A model generated the notes under the pieces. That model ran no database searches and was not told the DNA's origin. It saw only the letters and a program-made list of their open reading frames with translations. Source: Octopus sinensis (taxonomy: Eukaryota). Taken from it: a DNA stretch of 64,000 nt. The stretch's first letter is position 1, and each line of letters starts with the position of its first letter. Shown here in pieces: positions 45,526 through 57,529 of the stretch. Where the stretch lies: NCBI RefSeq assembly GCF_006345805.1, contig NC_043000.1, positions 22,506,001 through 22,570,000 of the forward strand, written 5' to 3'. The position numbers and the translations under genes were made by a program.

Positions 45526-48090
45526 CCTATGAAAACCATCTGCACGAAACAAAATAGTTGAGTGATAACAAGCATTATGCAGAAAGCAAAAACATTTCAT
45601 TTAAAATCACCATTATTAGTTTTACTCTTTAACAACAATATTTATCACCATGATCACATTATCATCTTTATTATTTGAATAATTGTTAGAATGAGTTGGA
45701 AAAATCAGTAGGGAAACTTGACTCCCTGTAATCTGGTGGTTCTCAATTTGGGTCCATATGACCCTTGGCGGTCAACACAAGATTTTGTTGCTAAAATTTG
45801 TCTAAAATTTATTTAGTGGCGGTGGCGGCAGCAGCAGCAGTCCAAGAATTTGGACCTGGAGATCTCCATTTCCAGCGACTTCAAGGGCCACCTCCCAGTG
45901 GTGTTGGGCGTCAATGAAGAGCCCTCGACTACAACAAGACGACCAAAGTTTTTTGTTTTTTTTCCAAGGTCTGGGGTCTCCTGCCCCTAATCCCTAGACC
46001 ATCACCTAATCACCCTTACCCGTCTTGTTGCTTAACAACAACAACAACAATAACAACAGCAGCAGTAGTAGTAGCGAGACCTAATGTTCTATTATTGGTT
46101 CAAGCTATTTTATCTGAAATTTGACAAAATATATAAATGAAATTTCATTTGATAAACTTTATCAATATCATCATATGAATATTCATGTTGTTAACGTGGT
46201 GAATGCAATTCATTTCAAAAATAAGAACATTTAACATTTTTGTATCCAATGCTTTAGCATGGGTTAAATAGCTGTGCTTTTGTATATATTATTTGTGTGG
46301 AATTTCTAGCTACACTGCTTTTCATAATGTGAAGAATTCAACCTTAAAATGAATGCAGTATCTTTTTCCCAGTTGTGTTGTATAGCTATTTTTTAAATAT
46401 TTTATTTTGAAACTAATGTACCTTGTTGCTGTCAATGATGGAATTCTATGGCAATAAAATGTAACCTCGAGCTAAGCAAGAACTCACGGCACCAACTGAT
46501 TCTGATGTCTTTCATAATTAACTGCATCTTGGCATTGTAACTTAAATAACTTGGCTTCGTCTCAAATATATGAACATTGAGCTTGGCAGTTTGTTGCAGC
46601 TAGATAGTTTGTCTTCCTAATGTTTGTGAGAGAAGTGGAAGCAATCCTAGTCTTTGGGTGAATAGCTAATAGTGTAGAAGTCTTTAGAACCCTTTGGGTT
46701 ACCTGTGACAGTTCACTGATTTACATTTCATTTTCCTTTTTTAAATGTTTTTATTTGTATTATGTTGACAGATCTTGTGATAGTGTTTCAGAGCAATATA
46801 TCCATCCTTCTAACTACTCTAAATATTTTGTTTGTTTGTTTATTTATTTATTAGTTAGAAGAGAATAAGATAAATAAAGTTTCTTATCTGATGGTACAAC
46901 ATTATGCCAGTTACAGTTTATGAGTCTTATATCCTAACTGCACAAAATAATAACCGAATTCTTTCAAATCATTCACTATCATCTTAAAAAGGGAAGTATT
47001 CTAAGATATAGCAAAAGAGGGGATGATAAGGATTGAAATAGCTATTGCTCATAAATCAGGGCTAAATTAAAGCTAAACAACAACAACAACAACAACAGCA
47101 AGAACACCATACATGTTATTTAAATACTAATCTGGTTTGTGTTTAACAGTGTAGGAGGTCAGTTTTGCTCATGCAGAGCCAAACTGGGTCGACATTAACT
47201 GATCATTCCTGAGTAGTTGGTTAACTTCAGGCTTATATGGCTGTGTGTGTAGGAGATGGTTGGTGCCATTAACTACAACAATGCTAAATCCAATGTTGTC
47301 TTGAAATTTAAGACTTAGAACATGAACACATGGTTAAAGAAACTGTGGTGATTTTCAAGCAGATACTTTGGTTTTACAAATTAGCAATTTGAGTAATTTT
47401 TAAAGAAGTCTTATTGGCTTATGTTTCATTTGGTAAGGCTGTGTGAAGTAAAAGAGAAGTATATCACTTCTTTAGTTTCTTATATATTTTATATTTTAAT
47501 TGGTACCATACGATGTTACAAGCGCAGGCATGGCCATTGTTTAGAAATTCTAGAAATTTTCTTTATAGCACTGTGGCTTCAGGTTCAATTTCACTGTGTG
47601 GCACCTTAGGCAAATGTCTTCTGTCATAGCTTCAGTTTGATAAAAAGACTTGTGAAAGTGGAATTTGATAGACAAAGCTATGTGGAAGCTTATCAAGGGG
47701 ACTGTCCCTGTTCTTGGGTAGAAGAGTCAATACATTGCCCAGTTTAATCCCACCACCTGGCTAACAGATGTCTCCAATGGATTCCATTCTGTTACAAGCA
47801 TTTGGACTAAGTCTCCATTCTGATGATAACTTCTCACCATTCTCAGAGGCTCTGAAGAATCATGGGCCCTGCCCCTCCTCTGACTAATTTAAAAAAAAAA
47901 GCATCAACAAAAAAGAACTGAGGCTTGAACCAAGGAATAGGAGATAAGTTCCCCATGGGTCAAGTCTTACACTCATCCTGTTTCTCTTCGTTTTGTGTTT
48001 TTTTTGAAAGGTAACGCTGTCATGGTTCTCATTTCTTTTCCCACTAAAATCTATATTCTCACTTAACCTGCTAGAAATAGCAACCACTTC

Positions 48091-48241
48091 ATTCCGCCGA
48101 GGTCGACTTTACCTTTCATCCTTTTGGGGTTGATAAATTAAGTACCAGTTATGCACTGAGGTCGATCTTATCAACTTAATCCCTTTGTCTGACCTTGTTT
48201 GTCCCCTCTATGTTTAACCCCTTGTGGGCAGTAAAAAAATA
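48091..48241 (+). mobile_element. 5'-truncated type-A SINE with 18-bp TSD
   Basis: agaaatagcaaccacttc at 48073-48090 and 48242-48259. Confidence 0.9.
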
Positions 48242-48491
48242 AGAAATAGCAACCACTTCTCTTTCAAATTACACCCTAATGATATACAGGAGGAAGGTCA
48301 CACTGGAAAATGTAGTCCTAGATATGCAATTTTTAGAGAAGAATGTGACAGTCATAGCTAGATTGCCATTGGTCACAAGTTTTCTCAGTCAGAGTTAACC
48401 GAGGGCTAAAACAATATTGATTTAAAACATTATTTAAAACAATATTAAAACAATATTAAAATATTAAAATAATATTTAAAACAATATTGAT

Positions 48492-48865
48492 TTAACCCTT
48501 TCATTATGATGTTTCTGCTGAAATATGCCACATTTGTTTCAGTTGATTTGGAATTAGTAAAACGACTTTGTGAATGTTAATTCTGATGTTTGGAACATAA
48601 ATTAATATGGAATTTGGATGGAAGGTTTAAATTGCTTTAACCTTTTAGCATTCAGATTACTCTGTCAAATGTAATGCTTATCTATTGACATTGCTTTGAA
48701 TTAATCATTCGTTAGCTTTTAGCTCCGAGATTTTTATGATGGAGTAGTTTAGTTTTAGAATGTCATTGCAGGGTAGGTGTAAGGGGCCAACTCTGGCTGG
48801 GTGGAACACAAAACAAGTAGAATATTTTAGGACAGATATGGCCAGTTTAAATGCAAAAGGGTTAA
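48492..48865. mobile_element. TTAA MITE family B fragment adjoining a complete family A MITE (48637-48865)
   Basis: TTAA-ccc termini at 48492 and 48637; ggg-TTAA at 48865. Confidence 0.7.
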
Positions 48866-48942
48866 AGCAGGAAAACTGCATTATAGAACTAGGGATTGTC
48901 AGAGGTGGGTTGGTATTATAAGGATTAAAATAGAATCATCTT

Positions 48943-49080
48943 ATCTCTTATATAAAATCCGTTGTCTGTCTGTCTCTGTGTGTGTGTGTGTGTATCTTCT
49001 TGGATCTTGGGCATCCTCCATCTGATTGCGCTCAAATTTGATATGTAGATACCAACAGTATCAGGGCATGTATAAGTCTC
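48943..49080 (+). mobile_element. Possible non-autonomous Helitron-like 5' end
   Basis: tcttatataaaatcc followed by (tctg)n/(tg)n, a layout typical of small Helitron-derived elements; no 3' end seen. Confidence 0.35.
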
Positions 49081-50787
49081 GAAAAGGAAGGGCATCCAGC
49101 TGTAGAAACTTTGCCAGATAAGACCGGAGCCTGGTGCAGCCTTCTGGCTTCCCAGATCCCTGGTCGAACCGTCCAACCCATGCTAGCATGGAGAACGGAC
49201 ATTAAACGATGATGATGATGATGATTCCAGGTGAGAATGCGATCGATAAAGCCGTTTTTGTCCTGCTTTTCTTCCGTCAACCTGTATATAACTGCACCTT
49301 CCATTTTTTGTTGTTTTTGTACTGCTTAAAGGCACGTTTCTTTCCTGCCAAGCTTACTGTTCAAACCATATTTGTGTTCTCCCAGTCAACAGCCTTATCA
49401 TTACTGGTACTTTAAACTCTTCGGTTGCATATTTGTGTGAATAAAATCGTTTTTCTTTGGAATAGAAAAAAAAGTCTATCTTTATTTCTTCTTTTGCTGG
49501 TGTCTCAAATTTAGGTTATATCAGTGTTTGTCAAAGGGGAGGCCTATGGGATGGTTGGACAAGTTGTTTTGAGAAAATTTGGTTAAAATGTTTGACAACT
49601 CAGCACCGTCCATTGGACGGGTATCATTTTGCTCGTTATGGTATATATCTAATGACTTCAGTGATCTTTAACCAGATTCCATTTTTTGTTTTGCAATTAT
49701 CTTTTACTTACCACAATTAACATGTTAAGATACCAAAGAATTTATAAACTGAATGAACCTAGTTAATCATCTGAAATTTTAAGTCAGATCTATACTTATG
49801 TTGTTTACTACTCTCATCATTAAAGTCATCTACAGAAATCATTAATTTGATATTAAATAGTGCTTTACAAGCAGCAGAGAGAAGCAGCAATGAAGACTGC
49901 TTACAATGATCTCTGCACTGGCTGTTGTTATACCACTCCCAGCTAAACATATCCATACATCTTCTTCCAATTTTCTTGTCAGCTCCGTTGCTACTCATCG
50001 CTGAAATACTGTGTTTTATACTTTGGGTGTGGTAGAAAAGATTGATGTCAGTGCAATAATTGTAGTTGTGAAGGTTATTATGGTTTTGATGTTTGTACTG
50101 ATGCTGGTGTTGAGTCCATAAATGAAGAAACCTACTTGTTGTTACTGGAAGCATTAAGAAATCTATAAATACTGTTACATTCACATGGAATGCCTCTGTC
50201 ATAGTTTCATAAACATACAAATGCATGCACACATCCACACCAGTTTGTTATGAAATGAAATACTGTAGCATTCACTGTATTTTAATTACATTAACATTTT
50301 AGGGTTGTGCTGCTTGCTTTTTTTTTTTACCTCCGAATTACATATAAAAATGATAAACTCGGGAGTTGCTTGGTAAATGATTTGATCTGAGAATGTTTGT
50401 TCAACCTGAAGCAATAACATCATTAAGGAATCCTGTTATCTATTTAAAATAATGCAATCCACCCCTCCACAGATTTTACATGTTTTTTTCGAAATATTAT
50501 TATTTTTAGATAGTGTTTTATACCACTTTCATTCATTTCTTAATAATATCCTGTATTGTATTAAGATAGCGAGCTGGCAGAGTCATTATCATGCTGGACA
50601 AAATGCTTAGTGGCATTTTGTCCAGCATTATGTTCTGAGTTCAAATCCCACTGAGGTTGACTTTGCCTTTCATCCTTTTGGGGTCGATAAAATAAGTACG
50701 AGTGAAGCACTGGGGGTTAATGTAATCAACTAGACCCAGCCTCCAAAATTTCTGGTCTTGTGTCATAATTTGAAATCAATGTTGTGT

Positions 50788-51370
50788 TCATCATCATCGT
50801 CATTGTTTAACATCTGCTTTCCATGCTAGCATGGGTTGGATGATTTGACTGAGGTCTGGCGAACCAAATAGCTGCACCAGACTCCAATCTGGCAACGATC
50901 ACACTCATATGGTACTCTTAGTGCTCCACTAGCATGGATGCCAGTCATCGAATTTGATTTCGATTTCACTCGCTTCAAAAGGTCTTCGCAAGCAGAGTTT
51001 AGTGTCCAATGAAAGAAAGGTACGCATAAGTGGGCTGGTTACACTCCTGGCATAGGCCACAAGGTTATGGTCTCACTTGGGCTTGCCGAGTCTTCTCAAG
51101 CACAGCATATTTCCAAAGGTCCCGGTCACTAGTCATTGCCTCGGTGAGGCCCAATGTTCAAAGGTCATGCTTTACCACCTCATCCCAGGTCTTCCTGGGT
51201 CTACCACAGGTTCCCTCAACCGGCTAGGGTGTGGCACTTTTTCACGCAGCTATCCACACCCATTCTTGTCACATGGCCATACCAGTGCAGTCGTCTCTCT
51301 TGCACACCACATCTGATGCTCCTTAGGTTCAACTTTTCTCTCAAGGTACTAACGCTCTGTCAAGTATGCA
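50788..51370 (-). mobile_element. RTE 3' fragment (RT C-terminus plus internally deleted UTR), same family as 15158-18897
   Basis: 51030-51370 aligns by eye with 15720-16040. Confidence 0.85.
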
Positions 51371-51438
51371 CACTGACCACTTATTTATTAATAATAATTG
51401 TATACCATTTATTCCTTAATAATATTCTATACTCAGAA

Positions 51439-51670
51439 TAAGGGCAGCGAGCTGGCAGAATCGTTAGCATGCCGAGTGAAATGCTTAGTATTTCATCTGC
51501 TGCTACGTTCTGAGTTCAAATTCCTCCGAGGTCGACTTTGCCTTTCATCCTTCCGGGGTCAATTAAATAAGTACCAGTTACGCACTGGGGTTGATATAAT
51601 TGACTTAATCCATTTGTCTGTCCTTGTTTGTCTTCTCTGTGTTTAACCTCTTGTGGGCAGTAAAGAAAAC
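51439..51670 (+). mobile_element. Type-A SINE with 18-bp TSD
   Basis: aatattctatactcagaa at 51421-51438 and 51671-51688. Confidence 0.9.
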
Positions 51671-53746
51671 AATATTCTATACTCAGAACAGACCTTGAAA
51701 AGAGAGGGAAAATCATTGAGAAGGTCGTGATTAGCAACTAAAGGATTCATCTAACAAATAACTGATTGATTGTTTAACCAACTAATTAAACAAATGATCA
51801 ATTAGTTAGTTGGGATCTTTGTAGTTTGTGTCACTGCATGTCGAAAAATCTTTAAAAGGTTTTTTTTTAATGTATCATATAGATGTAATTTGTGATGCTG
51901 GATCCAAATTTGTTTTTCATTTATTCCAGAAAAATTTTGCAAAAATGTTACAGGTGTTCCGAATCTGATAATTTTCAGAATTTTCAACCAATCAGAAAAC
52001 AGCACATTTGCTGCCTCTTCCATCATCTGTCACTGTAGTGAAAAGGTGGGAAAGAGTCAAAACAAGCAATTATGAAAATTGTGGTGGTTACACTCCTCGT
52101 GCACATGCGCAGCATATTTGGTTACTATGGAAACAGAGTTCTTTGCTTACTGTGCTAATAAAACTTCATGGTGATGTGTAAAATACTCATTTCTAATTGG
52201 CTAAAATACTCAGACTTTGCAAATTTTAAAAGCTAATAACTTTTTAATTATAAATTTATAGGAAAAATGAATTTCATATTCATAATAAGTATACAAACCT
52301 TAATCCATATACCAAATTTGAAAACAGTTGGAACAAAATTGGAGATAATGATTCAAACCACAAATGGCTGTTAGTTGGTTAGATATTAAAACAATTGACT
52401 AGCAATAAAGAAGTAGTATTGAACCAGTAGATGTGTTGTTATTGGCATAATGACCCTCTCACGACACAGAATTTCGCCACTCACTCGCATTCTTTTATCA
52501 CACTCCCTTCACAATATCCTGCCACTTATATTATGGCATCTGAACTGCAAGGATATGCCCTGACACTTTCCACCATCTGTATCTCTCTCTTCCTTTACTC
52601 AACCATCCCATTTATATTCTAATCCTTGTTCCTTGTGAGTATACCTGGCACTTTGCCACCATCTCCATCCTGCGGCCTCCCACACTCTCTCTCTCCTTCT
52701 CCTGCACTCCTCTCAGATTGGGCAATCATGTATTTCCTTTGTGGTAGCACACCTCTTTCTGTTTTCATACCTGATCTTTCTCTCTTCAGCCAGCTAACCT
52801 TGTACTTCCTCTACAGCAAGACATCTGTATCTGTCTCACTATAACCTTTTTATCATCCAACACAAGATCACCTTCTCCAATGTTTTTTTTTGTCTTGCAA
52901 GGTACTTGGTGACCCTGTCAGTGCAGGTGCCACTTAAAAGCACCCAGTCCACACTAAAGTGGTTGGTGTTAGGAAGGGCATCCTGCTGAAAAACCTTGCC
53001 TGTACTTGTGCCGTGTAAAAAGCACTACTCACCTTGCCTATGCTTGTGCTACAAAAAATGCACTGAGTGCACTCTGCTGAGTGGTTGGTGTTAGGAAGGG
53101 TATCCAGCTGTAAAAATCCTGCCAAAACAGTCACAGAAGTTTGGTGCAGGCTTCAGCCTGGCCAGCTCTTGTGAAACCGTCCCCATGATAGCATGAAAGG
53201 TGGATGATGATGATGATGATGAATATTGTATTTCTATAAAGTGTCAAAATGTTTTGCAGCACTCCTGTGACCTGGTCACTGATACAGTTTCATTGCCTGT
53301 TGACTGTCAGTTGCAGGCCAGGTTTTTATGAGCTACTGAGAGATTTCTTTGTATATATAAATTTTTTTTATTGATTTCCTTATTTTGTTCCTCTTTGTGT
53401 CATCCTCCTTTAAACAAGTTAGTGGTTAATGTCTCACATATCAGTTTGATTTATAAAGTAATTCTTTTAATATCTGGTCAGCTGTTCATTTGTGGGTGAA
53501 TGACCTTTGTTTATTTTCATTTTCTCACAGAACCAGTTGTTACTTTCAGCTCCTCTTTGTTTTCCTTCCCCACCTCATCCCATTCCAAACTGCTTTTTCT
53601 TACATTTGCAGTACTTCTGGCTTTTAAGTTTTCAGTTCAAATTCTGTCAAGATCAACTTTGCCTTCTGTTATCATTCAAGTACAGGGACTTATTTAATTG
53701 ACTACCCACTCCCCCAAATTTATCATCTTATACTGGTGTTATAAAC

Positions 53747-53747
<1 letters not shown>

Positions 53748-53786
<39 letters not shown>

Positions 53787-53790
53787 TTTT
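53748..53790. repeat. (TTA)n microsatellite (type-B SINE tail)
   Basis: Direct read. Confidence 0.9.
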
Positions 53791-53894
53791 ATTTGTATCA
53801 TCTTGTCTTTGTCTCTTCATGTAATTTTATGTAAGCCCCTGTGGCCAATAAAATAATTAGTCGTTGTTGTTATTATTGTTATTATTATTATTAC

Positions 53895-54270
53895 TGAGTG
53901 AAATCATAGTTGTGGTGGATACCAGTGCTGCCTGACTGACACCCCTGCTGGTGGTATGTAAAAAGCACCATTTGGGCGGGGCTGATGCCAGTGCCACCTG
54001 GCTGGCACCTGTGCTAGTGGCACATAAAAAGCGCTATTCAAGTGCAATCGATGCTAGTGCTGCCTGACTGGCTCTTGTACCAGTGGCACATAAAAAGCAT
54101 CCACTGCACTCTTGGAGTCGTTGGCATTAGGAAGGGCATCCAGCTGTAGAAACCTTGCTAAATCAGAGTACTGTCTAGCGCTGCCTCCCGGCCTGCCACT
54201 TCTCAGTCAAACCATCCAACCCATGCCAGTAGGGAAAGCAGACGTTAAAGGATAATGATGATGATGATTA
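53895..54270 (+). mobile_element. RTE 3'-UTR copy with 3 modules
   Basis: Tail match. Confidence 0.8.
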
Positions 54271-54726
54271 TGAGGATTATCATTAAGGTAATCTGACAGA
54301 ATTGTTAGCACGCTGGATAAAATGCTGAACAGCATTTCATCCATCTGCACATTTTGAGTTCAAATTCCACCAAGGTCAGCTTTGCCTTTCATCCTTTCAG
54401 GATTGATAAATCAAGTACCAGTGAAACACTTGGATTGACGTAATCAAGTAGTCCCCCCGCCCCAAGTTTCAGGCCTTGTGCGTTTAGTAGAAAGGATTAT
54501 TATTATTATTATTTAAAGTGGTGAGCTGGCAGAATCGTTAGCATGATGGAAGAAATGTTTAGCAGTATTTCACCCATCGCTACATTCTGAGTTCAAATTC
54601 CACCGAGGTTGACTTTGCCTTTCATCCTTTCGGGGCCAATAAAATAAGTATCAATTGAACACTGGGGTCAATGTAATCAACTTAACCCCTCCCCCCCAAA
54701 TTGCTGCCCTTGTGGTAAGATTTGAA

Positions 54727-55065
54727 ATGTTATTATTATTTTTATCTTTGACAGCTTCGATTGCTGGAGATGTACTACAGTGCCAGCTGTTCACTACCAG
54801 TGAACACTCCTTATTTTTTGAGCACCACCCGGAGTATTCCAGCAGTTCCAATCAGTGCTGTTTTCTGCAAGTGCTCCACCCTTATTGCAGCCCCTATTTG
54901 TTCCATGTACTTCTCAAGATATATACTCACTATTCCCAGGCCTCTGACAATTATTGGTACTACTACCACCTTTTCCAGCAACCACAGCTGCTTAACCTCC
55001 CAAGCTAACCTGTCATATCTATCGACTTTTCTTGCTTCCTTATTGCATACCTTATTATTATTGTG
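54727..55065 (-). mobile_element. R4/Dong-like LINE 3' fragment (restriction-like endonuclease C-terminus)
   Basis: KEARKVDRYDRLAWEVKQLW…VVVVPIIVRGLG…LQKTALIGTAGILRVVL*; short UTR ending in (TAA)n. Confidence 0.8.
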
Positions 55066-55119
55066 ACTGTTGCATGTCTGGCCCATTTAAGAGTACCCCT
55101 GATGTGTTAGGCGATATGA

Positions 55120-55635
55120 TATGCTTGAGAAGACCTGTTGAGTCAAGTAAAACCAAAATTGTAGCTGTGGTCAGTACCCCTTGACTGATTCCTGTTCTGG
55201 TGGCACGTAAAATGCGTTATCCAAACATGGTTGATGTCAGTGTCCCCTGACTGGCTCCTGTGCTGGTGGCATGTAAAAAGCACTATCTGAATGTGATCAA
55301 TGCCAGGCCTGCCCAACTGGCTCCTGTGCTGGTGGCATGTTAAAAGCACCATCTGAACGTAGTCGATACCAGTACTCACTGACTGGCCCCCGTGCTGGTG
55401 GCACGTAAAATCACTATCCGACTGTGATCAATGCCAGGCCTGCATGACTGGCGTAAAAAGCACCCACTACACTCTCGGAGTGGTTGGCTTTAGGAAGGGC
55501 ATCGATCTGTAGAAACATTGCCAGATCAGATTGGAGCCTGATGCAGTTGCTGGATCTACAGACCTCAGTCAAATTGTCCAACCCATGCCTGCATGGAAAA
55601 CGGACGTTAAACGATGATGACAATCATGATGATGA
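55120..55635 (+). mobile_element. RTE 3'-UTR copy with about 5 modules
   Basis: Repeated gtgctggtggcatgtaaaaagcac units, then the tail. Confidence 0.85.
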
Positions 55636-56606
55636 CTGTTTTCCTTTTCTAAGGGCTTGGGGGGTCGACTTGTTGGAGACAAAGTATGTTTATAATATTT
55701 GCCCATAATGCTAAAATCATTAATGCAGACTTCATTAGAGCTTGAACAACATTAAGTATTTGCTAAGTGGCAATGTGCTATATAATTAATGTAATTAAGC
55801 TTTTGTGATCATATTTCTTATGAAATATGCTATCCATGTATTTCATTTAATTTTAAAATACTGAGGGATTTAAAATGATTTAGTAAAGTAACTAATTTCT
55901 CCATTATTAAGTTGGTTTGGAATGTAACAAAAGGTTTTCTGCAGGTGGTACTTATAACATATGCACTTTAAAATGGATGGTTTTGTATTACAGAACCTAA
56001 TAGTGAGGGTTCATGATCTTGTAGTTAGAGTACTGCACTCAACAATTGCAAGGTCACAGTTTCAATTCCTGGACTGGGAGGGGTGCATTGTGTTCTTGAG
56101 CAAGACACTTCATTTCATGTTGTTCCAGTCCACTCAGCTCGCGAGAATAAGTAACCCTATGATGGACTGGGGTACTGTTTGGAGAGAGGGGCAGGGTGTT
56201 GTGATTTCAGTCACTTATATGCCATGGAAACCAAATAATTAGCCCTATGAGACAATAGGACTTGAGACAATAAAGTCCAAAGGTTGACAATGATGAGCCT
56301 TTGACCATGTCTGGTGGGTTCATACCTAAAGCTTCAGATAATCATATTATTATTGTTTCATAAAAAAATATAGATCTTTGCATTTTTATGTTTCCTTAAC
56401 AACTGTGTTTATAACATCTTTTTATTTCTCATCCAGGTCTTTATTGGATTATCTAATCATAATCCAGTACAGTCCACTCTGTAAAGTGGTTGGCTTTAGG
56501 AACGGCATCTAGCTGTAGAAACCATGCCATAACAGACGGTGGAGTTTGGTACAGTCCTCTGGCTTGCCAGCTCCTGTCAAACTGTCCAACCCATGGAAAA
56601 TAGACT

Positions 56607-56836
56607 TTAACCCTTTTGTTACTGTATTTTTGTTGAGATGCTCTGTGTTTCTTTCAATCAATCTTAAATATAACAAAGAATTTAGTGAAATAACTTAGTT
56701 ATCATTCAGCTATTGTTAGGAACATAAATTGTGACTAAGGTTTGGTGGAAGATTTTAATTCAAAACTTATGAAAACATTATATTTGTACTACAGAGCCAG
56801 AGCCGGTTTCAGCCGGGTTGGTAACGAAAGGGTTAA
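56607..56836 (+). mobile_element. TTAA MITE family B inserted at the TTAA of an RTE tail
   Basis: TTAA TSD; the RTE tail resumes as ttaaatgatgatg. Confidence 0.85.
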
Positions 56837-57189
56837 ATGATGATGATGATGATACCAATGGAGAGAGAGTTTGTTTTGTTTTTCAAACTGACAGAAATAG
56901 AAGCCAAATCTCTCTGTAATCACACCTTACTGTTTTAAAAAAGAAAGGACACACTGTATGCATTGTATCTGAAAGAATATGGGATTACATGACTGGAACA
57001 TCCTTGATCTGCTTGATTAGGGCTAAATAAATGCTGTTAAATATATTAGAGTAATTGCATGTAAAGAAAGCATAAATACACTTGAGATTGTTTTATCTTT
57101 GGTGTTTCAAGATAAAAATTGTTACTCTTCATCATTGCTCTTTTAAAACGCTTTTTTTTAAAAGCTAGGCTTGTTCAAAGCCTTCGCAC

Positions 57190-57460
57190 AGTGTCACCAG
57201 CAAACACTTTCTACTTTCTTCTCCCCAGTTGCAACCAAGTCTTCTGGTCCCTTATCAAAATGATTTAAACCTATTTTGTGAAATTCTCTTATCTGTTACT
57301 AATCTAGACAACTCAGCTCTGTTTTAACAGTTTCCATACCATAAAAGTCACCGCATTTTTCTTGTATTGCTTTCTCTTATATTTGAACACATATAGCAAT
57401 GCCACCCCCTGCACATATGGGTATCTTCTTCCCATATATAACATAATCAAGACTGCATCA
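57190..57460 (-). mobile_element. Ancient AP-endonuclease remnant (CR1/L2/Jockey-type LINE)
   Basis: YVIYGKKIPICAGGGIAICV resembles GGGVAIYV; downstream VFAGD resembles xxGDFN; many stops. Confidence 0.45.
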
Positions 57461-57529
57461 CATAGGACTAGATTTCCCTTTTATTACTAGAAATAGTAGT
57501 TGTTAACCTATTCAATGCATGTGTTCATT

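Noticed and set aside
49983-50168. Plus-frame Cys-rich peptide with TGA (GCGRKD*CQCNNCSCEG…) suggesting selenocysteine
   Set aside because: It lies in degenerate (GTT/TGT/GAT) low-complexity DNA, there are other stops in frame, and no SECIS was recognised.
55170-55470. CRISPR-like appearance of ~66-nt periodic arrays with a palindromic core
   Set aside because: The 'spacers' are homologous to each other and to the RTE 3' UTR. The context is eukaryotic and there are no cas genes.
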